Source: Planctomycetota bacterium
Lineage (GTDB): Bacteria > Planctomycetota > OFTM77
Reading direction: 5' to 3'
Assembly (NCBI GenBank): GCA_029260795.1
Contig: JAJDCO010000149.1
Span: forward strand, 131,814 to 195,813
DNA length: 64,000 nucleotides
Shown here piece by piece: positions 49,788 to 59,328 of this stretch; the stretch's first letter is position 1; each line of letters begins with the position of its first letter. Position numbers and translations under genes: made by a program. The notes under the pieces are model-generated. The model worked only from the letters and a program-made list of their open reading frames with translations, ran no database searches and had not been told where the DNA came from.

Positions 49788-49823
49788 GGCGTTCCGCCTG
49801 GCGTTCCGCCTGGCGTTCCGCCC
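49788..49823. repeat. 12-bp tandem repeat ggcgttccgcct x3
   Basis: Direct reading immediately after the stop of 49108..49767. Confidence 0.6.
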
Positions 49824-49998
49824 GCTCGGGGCGTCCGGAGCTTACTTGGCGTCCGCTTCGCCTCGCTGAGGTGGTCCTCGTTCGTCCGACCGCGGTACGT
49901 GGCGAGGCTGCGAGGTCGCACTCCCGTCGTATCAGCGCCGAACCTCCCGAATGGCGAGCCCAGACCGAGCTCGTCGGGAGACACGATTCACCATCAGC

Positions 49999-50352
49999 TC
50001 AGAAGAAGGAAATCGTGAGCGGGTACTTCCAGAGTTTACCGTCGTTGGCCTTGATGGCGCCCACGATGGGGAAGATGATCGCCAGCAGGCTCATCACGAT
50101 GATCATCGGGATGCCGATGATGACGAAGATCAGCAACACGCAGATGATCCAATAGATGATCGAGCTGATGATCCAGTTGACGACGGCTTTCCCGTGCTCA
50201 TCGATGCCCGGCAGCTCGTCTTTCTTCGTCTGCCAGATGACGATCGGCGCGATCATGCCGGCGAGGGGAACGACGTACCCGGCGAACTGGGAGAGGTGCA
50301 GGATCATGGCCCACTGGCGGGCCTGTCGCTCTTCTTCTGTGAGCATGCTCAT
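49999..50352 (-). CDS. DUF4870-like small membrane protein
   Basis: MSMLTEEERQARQWAMILHLSQFAGYVVPLAGMIAPIVIWQTKKDE... pattern. Ile/Met-rich helices; locally lower GC than surroundings. Start at the internal Met. Confidence 0.6.
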   Translation of the reverse strand: MSMLTEEERQARQWAMILHLSQFAGYVVPLAGMIAPIVIWQTKKDELPGIDEHGKAVVNWIISSIIYWIICVLLIFVIIGIPMIIVMSLLAIIFPIVGAIKANDGKLWKYPLTISFF

Positions 50353-50546
50353 GCGTCGGGCTCCTGGAGTTGCGTTGCTCGTGTCGGGACCGAGGAGGAC
50401 GAGAGTACTGGCTCCACGGTCGGGTTGGCAAGGCGGACCTCCGGACGAAGCGTTGCCCTCGCCAAGTCGGCGGGCGGCGAGTATCCTGGCTTCAGGGCCG
50501 GCGTACGAGCGGCTCGCACCAGAACCGGGATTCGAGGACACACTCC

Positions 50547-51950
50547 ATGATCGAGCTGACGAAGATTTGTGTGATGGTCGGGTGGGTCGTGCTGGCGCTC
50601 GGCCTCCCGGTGGCCGAAGGCCAGGTGAGCAAGCAGCAAGCGACGCGCTTCGACTTCGATCAGGATCAGGACGGGATCCTCGATTTCTTCGACCGCTGTC
50701 CGACCCTCGAGTACGCGCCCGGCTTCGATTGGCAGTCCTGCGGCCCGATGGATCAGAATCCGGGAAACGATCCGCAGCCCGAGTGCAAGGCGAGAGAGCG
50801 TGTGCTGAGCACGCTGCTCACGAACGGCACGTTCACGACCCACATCGCTTTCGCGGTCGTGAAGAACGGCCAGCTGCACTTTGCGGATGCCTTCGAGTAC
50901 CTCGGCCAAGGACAGTATCGCCAGGACCCGAACGGCATCCGGCGGCTGTACCGCGTCGGGTCGACCAGCAAGTCGGTGGTGGCCGTGGCGGCCAAGGTGC
51001 TCGAAGAGCTCGACGTGCTGTCGCTCTCCGATTACGTCAGCGATGACGACGCCTCGAAGGTCCCAGTCGGTGGCAAGCGGCAGCTCCGACACCTTCTGAG
51101 CCATCAGGGCGCCTTCAAGCTCGACAATGGCGCGATCCATCTCTACTGCTATCCCGGAGACCTGGGCGCCTTCTGGGCCGTGCCGGACGACCTCGTCTCA
51201 CCTCACTACGACAGCGCCGTCTACGGCAACCTCGGCGGCGGCTATCAGTACTCGGCCTTCAACTACTCGCTCGCCGGGGCCTATCTCGCGAATCAGACCG
51301 GCGGCTCGTTCGAGCAAGTGGTCCAGTCGATCGTGTTCGATTCGACAGGCATGTGTACGGCGACGGTGGATGGAGATCGCGCGGCGACGACGACGATCGG
51401 GGACGGCTGGGCGACGGCCGAAGGCGCCTCGATGCACGTCGGACCCTACATCAATCTCGTCAGCCCGACCGATCCGCTCTGCGTCGACAACTACTACAGC
51501 AGCGACGATCTCTACGGCGATCCCTACACGTGGCAGCTGTATCGGCTCGACGAAGCGGGCGCCGAAGCGCGCGACCCGGCCGGGGGTGTCATCGCCTCGG
51601 CCCTCGACCTGGCGCACTTCGCCGAGTCCCTTCTCGCCAGCTACCACGGCACCGGCGGGATCGTGTCACCGGCCGGCATCCGCGAGCTCTGGGCAGCCAC
51701 GAGCGACCTCGGCTGCGGTGGGGGCTGTCCTTACGAGCGCTACTACGGCATCGGGTTCTTCACCGACTCGCTGTCGGGTCAGCCCGTTCATCAGGTCGGG
51801 CACGGCGGCGCGCGCCCCGGCTTCTCGACCGCCTTCGTGCTCCGGCCCGAAGCCAATCTGGCCGTCGCGATCCTCGCCAACTCCGACGTGAGCACTGTCC
51901 TGATGTCGAATGTCGCGAAGGCGATCCTGGACGACTTCGAGACTCCGTGA
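50547..51950 (+). CDS. Beta-lactamase-related serine hydrolase (SxxK: RVGSTSKS)
   Basis: Signal peptide MIELTKICVMVGWVVLALGLPVAEG, STSK motif, class C/PBP-like length. 467 aa. Confidence 0.75.
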   Translation: MIELTKICVMVGWVVLALGLPVAEGQVSKQQATRFDFDQDQDGILDFFDRCPTLEYAPGFDWQSCGPMDQNPGNDPQPECKARERVLSTLLTNGTFTTHIAFAVVKNGQLHFADAFEYLGQGQYRQDPNGIRRLYRVGSTSKSVVAVAAKVLEELDVLSLSDYVSDDDASKVPVGGKRQLRHLLSHQGAFKLDNGAIHLYCYPGDLGAFWAVPDDLVSPHYDSAVYGNLGGGYQYSAFNYSLAGAYLANQTGGSFEQVVQSIVFDSTGMCTATVDGDRAATTTIGDGWATAEGASMHVGPYINLVSPTDPLCVDNYYSSDDLYGDPYTWQLYRLDEAGAEARDPAGGVIASALDLAHFAESLLASYHGTGGIVSPAGIRELWAATSDLGCGGGCPYERYYGIGFFTDSLSGQPVHQVGHGGARPGFSTAFVLRPEANLAVAILANSDVSTVLMSNVAKAILDDFETP

Positions 51951-52336
51951 GGGCCGAGACACCGAGTGCGTCCGCGCAGCGACTCGGGCTCGTGCGCGTC
52001 CGTCACCCCATGGTTCGTCTTGATTGCGTCCCGACCTCGGATCCACTCTCTCATCGTCGTCGAGCGAGCAGGGGGCGGCCCGCCGTCGACCGATTGAATT
52101 GGAACGATCGAGGTGGCGGACTCCGTCCGCGTCTCTGTTCGTCGAATCGCCGAGTCGACCGAGTGAACTCGGGCCTCCGTGGGATGGGTTGGAGCACCTC
52201 GTTCTGCAACCCTCGGCTGAGGTGGGCTCACACTCCGCATGTCTCTCTTCTTCCGCCGGCGGGCTCGGATCGTTAGGCTCGAAGAGCACCGGCGTGAGCC
52301 TTCGATTCGACCATCCGCTATTCGGAGAATGCAGCG

Positions 52337-54886
52337 ATGCGACGACACGTGCTGGCCAAGGGATCGCGGTTCGGTGAGGCGCGATGGTCGTTCATCGTCG
52401 CGCTCGGCTTGGTCGGAATGCTGGTGGTCTTCGGGAGTCGGCTCGGGCTGGACTCGAAGGAAGGCGAAGGCGTCGCGGCGACGTCTGGGGGATCGGAAGG
52501 CGCGTGGCTTGCGATCGAAGCGAAGCAGGCCAGGCTCGCCGAGAGCGGTCCCAAGGCTTTCGATGCCCCGGGAGCCGCCACCGAGTTCTTTCTCGAGCAA
52601 CGCTTGGAGCCCGGGCAGACCCGCCTACCGCTCGAGCATCTGCAGGAGCAGCTCGACGTTCTTCGCACTCGCGAGAACGGCCTTTCCGGTGCGGCCGTCA
52701 TTGGGCCTTCTGTGTCACCCATCGATCGTTGGCGAGCGATCGGGCCTGGCAACATCGGCGGTCGTACGCGTGGTTTCGCGATCGACCCGTCGGACCCGAA
52801 CGTTCTCCATGCCGCCGGTGTGGCCGGTGGGCTTTGGAAGTCCGAGGACGGGGGCGCGAGCTGGCGAGTGACGGACGATCGAATGCTGAATCTGGCGGTG
52901 TGCACGATCGTCATCGATCCGACCGATCCGGACGTGATCTACGCCGGCACCGGAGAAGGATACTTCGGGAGCGACGTCTTCGTGCGCGGGCTCGGGATCT
53001 TCAAGTCGACCGATCGGGGCGAGTCGTGGAGTCAGCTGCCGGGGACGGTGAATGGAGTTCCGGACGGGGCCTTTCACTACGTCAACGACATCGTCATCAG
53101 CCCCAACGACTCGAGCCGAGTCTACGCGGGCACTCGCTCGGGTGTCTGGCGGAGCACCGATGCCGGTGCGACCTGGTCGGTAATTCTCGCCAACCCGTGG
53201 GAGCTCTCGACGCCGCCTTTCACCAACGGCTGCAACGTCGGGTGTACCGATATCGCCGTCCGCAACGACCGTAATCCCGACGTGATCTTCGCGGCGTTTG
53301 GCAGCTTCGTGCGCGATGGTCTGTATCGCTCGAACACCGGAGGTGACAACTGGGTCTCCTACACCACGGGGAGCAATCAGGGGCGGATGACGATCGCCAT
53401 GGCGCCGAGCGACAACCGTGTCATTTACTTGCTGATGGCGGACAACGGAACCGGCGCGCCAGCGGGCCAGCTCGTCAACGTGTTTCAAGCGACCGACGGG
53501 CAGAACTTCCAGCCGCGCGTCGACCTGACGAGCAAGATGGGTCCCTGGCTCCTCAGCAATCTCGTCTTCGCCACGCGCTGCGCACCCGGACAGACCTACT
53601 CTCAGGGCTGGTACGACAACATCATTGCAGTCGACCCGGTCGATCCGGACGTGGTCTGGGTGGGCGGCATCGATCTCTTCCGCTCCGACGACGGCGCTCA
53701 GAACTTCGGGATCGCGAGCTACTGGTTCTACTACCAGGAGACCCCGCAGCCGCCTTACTACGTGCACCCGGACCAGCACTCGATCGTCTTCCATCCGAGT
53801 TACGACGGCGAGACGAATCAGACGATGTACGTCACGAACGATGGCGGGATCTATCGCACCGACAACGCGCGGGCCGCCACCAGCCAGGAGGACTGCCCGT
53901 TCCCGTACGACGAGCCCCTGCCTCAGATCGATTGGCAGGATCTGAACAACGGCTACGGCGTCACGCAGTTCTATCACGGCGATAGCGCCCGGGCTGAGGA
54001 CGTCTATGTCGGGGGAGCGCAGGACAACGGGAGCATTCGTGCGCAGTCGCGGTATCGGCCCAACGAGTGGAAGCGAATCTTCGGCGGGGACGGCGGCTAT
54101 GTCGCGATCGATCCGACCGACAGCCAGGTGATCTACATCGAGTATCAGGGCTTCCCGACGATTCAGAAGTCGACGGATGGCGGGGAGACCTTCAGCCCGG
54201 CGACGACGGGCATCACGGATACCGATGGGGTCTTCATCACACCCATCGCGATGGATCAGAACGATCCCCAAGTGCTCTGGACGGGAGGGTCCCGTCCCTG
54301 GCGAACGAAGAACGGGGCGACGTCCTGGAGTGTGGCCGGTCCGAATCTCAACGGCCCCGACAAGATCTCGGCGATCGGGATCGCTCCCTCGGATGGCAAC
54401 GTCGTGTACCTCGGCTTCGACAACGGATACGTGGCACGGACCACCAACGGGTTGGCCGCTCAGCCGAGCTGGGTCGTTCGCTCGAATGGCCTCGTCGGCG
54501 GCTGGGTCAGCAGTCTGGCCGTCGATCCGAAGAATCCGAACGTCGCCTACTGCACGTACTCGAACTACGGGATTCCGCACCTCTTCAAGACCATGAACGG
54601 AGGCGTCTTGTGGACCTCCGTCGACGGGATCGGGTTCGCAGGCGTGCCGGACATTCCCGTGCATTGCCTCGCGATTCGCCCGGATCTGTCGAGGCAGCTC
54701 TTCGCCGGCACCGAGCTCGGCGTCTTCTTCAGCGATGACGGCGGCGCGACCTGGACCCCCGTGAACGATGGCCTGGCCCACACCGTGGTCGAATGGCTCG
54801 ATTTTCAGGACGCCAATACGCTGGTGGCGTTCACGCACGGACGCGGCACCTACCTCACCCAAGTCAATCCGAGGCTCGCGAAGTAG
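52337..54886 (+). CDS. BNR/Asp-box repeat protein (sortilin/VPS10- or GH74-like beta-propeller)
   Basis: At least 10 Asp-box motifs (S-x-D-x-G-x-T-W: STDRGESW, SEDGGASW, STDAGATW, SNTGGDNW, STDGGETF, TKNGATSW, TMNGGVLW, SDDGGATW ...). N-terminal TM anchor. 849 aa. Confidence 0.75.
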   Translation: MRRHVLAKGSRFGEARWSFIVALGLVGMLVVFGSRLGLDSKEGEGVAATSGGSEGAWLAIEAKQARLAESGPKAFDAPGAATEFFLEQRLEPGQTRLPLEHLQEQLDVLRTRENGLSGAAVIGPSVSPIDRWRAIGPGNIGGRTRGFAIDPSDPNVLHAAGVAGGLWKSEDGGASWRVTDDRMLNLAVCTIVIDPTDPDVIYAGTGEGYFGSDVFVRGLGIFKSTDRGESWSQLPGTVNGVPDGAFHYVNDIVISPNDSSRVYAGTRSGVWRSTDAGATWSVILANPWELSTPPFTNGCNVGCTDIAVRNDRNPDVIFAAFGSFVRDGLYRSNTGGDNWVSYTTGSNQGRMTIAMAPSDNRVIYLLMADNGTGAPAGQLVNVFQATDGQNFQPRVDLTSKMGPWLLSNLVFATRCAPGQTYSQGWYDNIIAVDPVDPDVVWVGGIDLFRSDDGAQNFGIASYWFYYQETPQPPYYVHPDQHSIVFHPSYDGETNQTMYVTNDGGIYRTDNARAATSQEDCPFPYDEPLPQIDWQDLNNGYGVTQFYHGDSARAEDVYVGGAQDNGSIRAQSRYRPNEWKRIFGGDGGYVAIDPTDSQVIYIEYQGFPTIQKSTDGGETFSPATTGITDTDGVFITPIAMDQNDPQVLWTGGSRPWRTKNGATSWSVAGPNLNGPDKISAIGIAPSDGNVVYLGFDNGYVARTTNGLAAQPSWVVRSNGLVGGWVSSLAVDPKNPNVAYCTYSNYGIPHLFKTMNGGVLWTSVDGIGFAGVPDIPVHCLAIRPDLSRQLFAGTELGVFFSDDGGATWTPVNDGLAHTVVEWLDFQDANTLVAFTHGRGTYLTQVNPRLAK

Positions 54887-55176
54887 GGGCGAGCGAGTTC
54901 GGTCGGGTGTCCTCGGGGAGGACGATTCGAGGCGTCATGAGCCATCCATGGCCCGGAAACCGGCTCGCCGCCGAGGGCGCCGCCAGAGTATGCTGGCGGA
55001 CTCTCGAGGAGGTGGGGTCTCGATCTTCACGTCGAATCCACACGACTTCGAGCCGTGCCTGCGGCACGATACCGCCTCGGCGGTTCGTGACCGCCGCTCA
55101 AGAGCCTGAACCCGATTCCCCTGCACTGACGGTCGACGCGCTGGCGATCGGCCGCACCCTGACTTGGAGGATGACC

Positions 55177-56166
55177 ATGACCCAGTGGATGAAGCGCCTC
55201 GGTATTCTCGCGGTCCTTCTAATGATCGCGGCACCCGCCTTCGGGCAGCGAATCAGCGAGATCCGCATCGACCAGCCTTCGACCGACAACGACGAGTACT
55301 TCGAGCTGACCGGTCCACCGAGCGGATCGCTGGACGGTTTTACCTACCTCGTGCTCGGCGACACGGGCAGTGGAACGATCGAGGCCGTGATCGATCTCAC
55401 CGGCCTGAGCTTCGACGCGAATGGCTTCTTCGTCGCGGCCGAGTCGAGCTTCACGCTCGGGACGGCCGATTTCACGACGAGCCTCAACTTCGAGAACAGC
55501 GACAACGTGACGCACATGCTCGTGAGCGGCTTCACGGGCGCGAACGGTCAGGACCTCGACCCGGACGACGACTGCGACCTCGACGTCTTTCCCTGGACCG
55601 CCATCGTCGATTCGATCGCGCTGGTCGAGGAGCCGAACCCGCCGACGGGCACCGAGTGTTTCTACGGGTTGGGAATCGGCCCGGAGAGCACCCAGGCAGG
55701 TACGTTCGTGCCCGGCCACATCTTCCGCTGTGGCAACCGCTGGTTCATCGGTGCCTTTGACCCGGTGGGCGGGCAGGACACGCCCGGCGCCGCGAACGCC
55801 GACTTGATCCTCAACCTGCTCGGTACCCCGACGGCCGGCAACAGCGTGAACTTCCAGATCTGTGCGAAGGGCCAGGATGGCAACCGCGCCCAGGTGCTGC
55901 TCTCGTGCAGTGGCACGGCCGGCATTCCGCTGCCGGCGAGCGGTGGTCTCGTCTTGCCGTTGACCTTCGACGCCTGCACGAGCCTGAGCCTGAGCCTCTC
56001 CGTCGTCTTGACCGGCACGGTGGGCGCCGTCGACTCGGGTGTCGCCGACACGCCGCTGCTGCTGGTTCCCACGACCCCGACGACCCCGGCCTGGGCGGCT
56101 GCGTTCACGGTCGGTGGCTCGGGCTTCGTGTCCGTGACGGGTCCGATCGACTTCAATATCAACTGA
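55177..56166 (+). CDS. Secreted lamin-tail-domain (LTD) protein with a C-terminal module shared with the SBBP protein
   Basis: Signal peptide; RISEIRIDQPSTDNDEYFEL is an LTD-type motif. Start at the ATG at 55177, 6 nt after GGAGG. 329 aa. Confidence 0.6.
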   Translation: MTQWMKRLGILAVLLMIAAPAFGQRISEIRIDQPSTDNDEYFELTGPPSGSLDGFTYLVLGDTGSGTIEAVIDLTGLSFDANGFFVAAESSFTLGTADFTTSLNFENSDNVTHMLVSGFTGANGQDLDPDDDCDLDVFPWTAIVDSIALVEEPNPPTGTECFYGLGIGPESTQAGTFVPGHIFRCGNRWFIGAFDPVGGQDTPGAANADLILNLLGTPTAGNSVNFQICAKGQDGNRAQVLLSCSGTAGIPLPASGGLVLPLTFDACTSLSLSLSVVLTGTVGAVDSGVADTPLLLVPTTPTTPAWAAAFTVGGSGFVSVTGPIDFNIN

Positions 56167-56279
56167 GTCGGCGCGGGCCGTCTCCGATCCGATCACGAAG
56201 CGCCGTCCGGGAGTGCTCCCGGGCGGCGCCTTCTCATTCGGGGAGCCACCTTCGTCCCTCATGTGCTTTGGGAGCTTCG

Positions 56280-57797
56280 ATGGTGAGAGTCGACGTTTTC
56301 TGCCGCGTCCTGGCGCTGCTCTTCCTCTTCACCGGCGCGACGTCGCTGGCCGGATCGTGCCCGGCTCAGGACTCGGCGCCTGCCCTCGAGGACCCGAAGC
56401 CGCCCACGGTCCGCGCCCCGGCCTCCGAGCGTCCGACGGCTTCGCCGCAGCCGGGGCTGGAGACACGGCAAGCACCGCGCCCGCTGGCAATCGGAGCCGT
56501 GACCGAGGACTGGCCGTGGTTTCTCGGCCCGCGGCGAGACGCGATATCCAGCGAGCAGCCGATCGAGAAGGACTGGGCCGAGTCCGGCCCCCGGCTGGTC
56601 TGGCGCTGGAAGACCGGCGAAGGATATGCCTCGCCGTCGGTCCGAGGGGATCGCCTGGTGTTCTTCCACCGGGTCGGCGACGAGGAGATCCTCGAGTGTC
56701 TCGACGCCGAGACGGGACAGCGCTTCTGGCGACACGCCTATCGCTGCGAATACGAGGATGACTTCGGCTTCTCGGCGGGCCCCAAGTGCAGCCCGTTGCT
56801 CGAAGAGGACCTCGGGTGGACCCTCGGCATCCAGGGCGTCTTGACGGCGTTCCATCTGCCTTCCGGCACAATCCTGTGGCAGCGGCGCTTGCTCGAGGAG
56901 TTCTCGATTCCCAAGGGCTTCTTCGGCGTCGGGACTCATCCCTTGCTTTGGGGGAATGAGCTGATCATCAGTTTGGGAGTGCCGGAGGGACCGAGCGTCG
57001 TCGGCTTCGACAAGCGCACGGGACGACTTCTTTGGGGCGCTGGAAAGAGCTTTCAGTCCAGCTACGCGACGCCCGTCCCGACCCGGATCGGGGAGCGTGA
57101 CAAGATCGTCGTGTTCGGGGGAGGCAAGCTGCGGCCCCCTCGAGGTGGGCTGATGGTCATCGATCGCGAGCGGCACACGGTCGATGTCGAGTTCCCGTGG
57201 CGCAGCCGGACCTACTACTCGGTGAATGCTTCGACACCGATCGTGCGCGGCGCGTCGGTCTTCTTGAGCGAGTCCTATGGGCTGGGTGGAATCCGCCTCG
57301 ACCTGAACGAGTCCGCGACCGAGGTGAAGGAAGCCTGGAGGAACGAGCGCTTCGACCTCCATTGGCATACACCGCTGATGCTCGGTGACCATCTCTACGG
57401 CTTTGCCGGTCAGGGCGAGCGGTCCAGCGAGCTGGTCTGCGTCGAGTGGATCAGTGGCAAGGAGCGGTGGCGCGAAGCGATTGCCTGGGAGGAGACAATC
57501 CAAGGGTCTTCCGGACCTCGGCCGCGCGATCTCGGCGTCTATCGGGGCTCGCTGCTCCACGTCGACGGGGCGACGCTGTGTCTCGGTGAGTGGGGCGATC
57601 TGCTCTGGCTCGAGCTCTCCCCGAAGGGAGTAAAAGTCCTGGCCCGCACCAAGCTCTTTGATGCGGACCAGAGCTGGTCGCTGCCCATCTTGAGCCGCGG
57701 CCTACTGTACATTTGTCAGAACACCCCCGCTCGCCTCACGCGAGAGCCGCCGCGGCTTTACTGCTACGACTTGCGCTCGGCGGGCGAGAAGCGCTGA
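56280..57797 (+). CDS. PQQ-like/BamB-like beta-propeller repeat protein, secreted
   Basis: Signal peptide MVRVDVFCRVLALLFLFTGATSLAGS. Repeated ...G..LW... propeller blades (GDRLVFFHRVGDEEILECLDAETGQRFW). 505 aa. Confidence 0.7.
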   Translation: MVRVDVFCRVLALLFLFTGATSLAGSCPAQDSAPALEDPKPPTVRAPASERPTASPQPGLETRQAPRPLAIGAVTEDWPWFLGPRRDAISSEQPIEKDWAESGPRLVWRWKTGEGYASPSVRGDRLVFFHRVGDEEILECLDAETGQRFWRHAYRCEYEDDFGFSAGPKCSPLLEEDLGWTLGIQGVLTAFHLPSGTILWQRRLLEEFSIPKGFFGVGTHPLLWGNELIISLGVPEGPSVVGFDKRTGRLLWGAGKSFQSSYATPVPTRIGERDKIVVFGGGKLRPPRGGLMVIDRERHTVDVEFPWRSRTYYSVNASTPIVRGASVFLSESYGLGGIRLDLNESATEVKEAWRNERFDLHWHTPLMLGDHLYGFAGQGERSSELVCVEWISGKERWREAIAWEETIQGSSGPRPRDLGVYRGSLLHVDGATLCLGEWGDLLWLELSPKGVKVLARTKLFDADQSWSLPILSRGLLYICQNTPARLTREPPRLYCYDLRSAGEKR

Positions 57798-57844
57798 CGG
57801 GGTCGAGCGGTGGCTCGGGGCCACCGCTCATTGCGGGAACGGAA

Positions 57845-58825
57845 TCATCGGCAATCGTCGTCGAGGTTCAGGTTGAAGTCGCCCTTGCACTCGAACGGCT
57901 CTTCGCCGCGGCAGTCGATCAGCTGATCGAGCCAGCCGCTCGCTCCGTAGCGAACGTTCTTGCCGTTGGCGCCGACGCCGACCTGGAAAGCCGGGCCGTC
58001 GCGGCTGATCTGGATCGTGCAGCCGTCGTTGTCACCCAAGCCCGTGATCGTGCCTTCGGTCCGGACGTAGTAGTGCCAGGTTCGCGGGTCGACCGGGCCG
58101 CCGTTCTCGACGTAAGCGGAAGGGTGCAGCTCCTTCTTCGGGCTGCCCTCGGGCGGAGGGTCGCCCGCGTCCACGCGATCGAAGAAGTGCACGTCCACGA
58201 GCCAACGATCGTCCGAGTCGTCCTCGTCCACGAGGGTGCCCCGCAGGCGCGCCGTGCCGTCGCCCAACTCTTCGAAGGAGCGCGGCTCGTGGCGATCGAA
58301 CACGAACTCGTGGCCGATGCACTGGGTCGACCAGGCGTGGCGTGATTCATCGGGACCGAACTCGTCCGAGATCGCTTCGGACGGGCATTTCTCACCGCAG
58401 CCGCTGTCCCGGAACTGGATCGAGACCTGGTTCGAACGCCCCAGCTGCTCGGGGCGCTCGGTGCTGATGGCGACGAACTGGAGGAAGAACGTCTTCCCGA
58501 GAAAGACGTCACTGCACGGCACACCGCAGTCGAACCTCTGGCGTCCGTCCCGGACCGAGATCGGGAAGGGCGGCGCCAGCAAAGGGCCGACACACAGACG
58601 GCCGAACGGCGACCGGCTAGGTCCTTCTTCGAGAGAGAGCAGCAGAAAAGCCTGGTGGGAGCCGGGGGTCTCGAGCACTGCGCTCGCCGGGACACCGAGG
58701 GGGTAGGTCGACTCGGCGATCAACCGGTAACCGTCGTCACCGTCGCAGTCTTGAGCCGAGGCCGCCGGGGCGGCGAGCAGCGAGGTCGCCGCGAGCACAC
58801 CGGTAGCCAGCATCGAGAGCTTCAT
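57845..58825 (-). CDS. Secreted Cys-rich hypothetical protein
   Basis: Signal peptide MKLSMLATGVLAATSLLAAPAASAQ. 326 aa. No known domain recognised. Confidence 0.5.
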   Translation of the reverse strand: MKLSMLATGVLAATSLLAAPAASAQDCDGDDGYRLIAESTYPLGVPASAVLETPGSHQAFLLLSLEEGPSRSPFGRLCVGPLLAPPFPISVRDGRQRFDCGVPCSDVFLGKTFFLQFVAISTERPEQLGRSNQVSIQFRDSGCGEKCPSEAISDEFGPDESRHAWSTQCIGHEFVFDRHEPRSFEELGDGTARLRGTLVDEDDSDDRWLVDVHFFDRVDAGDPPPEGSPKKELHPSAYVENGGPVDPRTWHYYVRTEGTITGLGDNDGCTIQISRDGPAFQVGVGANGKNVRYGASGWLDQLIDCRGEEPFECKGDFNLNLDDDCR

Positions 58826-59328
58826 CAGGAATCTCCTCCGAGAGCATGCAGATCAAGTGGGTGGTTCGCCGCCCGATCCCCAGGCCGGGGCGGGCTTCGA
58901 AGGTGAGATCCCGGGCCCCCACCTTGGGAGACCCGATGCCCCACGCTAGAGAATCGTGGGTGTCTCGGCAAGAGGCTCTTCGGCCAGAAGTGCATTTTTT
59001 GTAGGTGTTTGTGGTGGTTGTGAAATGGAGAGGAAGAGCCTGCAGACACCGGTTGCGCCGGCGCCGACCTCCCAGCGATCGCAATGGTGGTTGTCCCATT
59101 CGACACGGGCTTCGTCTCCGGCGATTGCCACGTCGACATGACAATCGAGAGTCTCCGGTACGTGTTGCGTGAATCCGTCGAGCCGCTCCCTCGAAGCACG
59201 CGGCTCTGAAAGCGCCTGCTCCAAAGAGCTTCAGCTCGTGAGCAGCGGGCGGCTGCGAGGAGTCACCACGGGAACGCAACGTGCGTTGCCATGAGGTCCC
59301 GGCCTTGCCCTCGTGAGGAGGTCTTCTC

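Noticed and set aside
52715-54862. 715-aa minus-strand ORF
   Set aside because: Antisense to the BNR protein gene.
55219-57560. 347-aa and 433-aa minus-strand ORFs
   Set aside because: Antisense to the LTD and PQQ-like genes.
58960-59000. Hairpin plus T6 (cttcggccagaag tgcatttttt) as a terminator
   Set aside because: Only a 4-bp stem; it lies in a divergent promoter region with no upstream + strand gene to terminate. It is more likely AT-rich promoter DNA.
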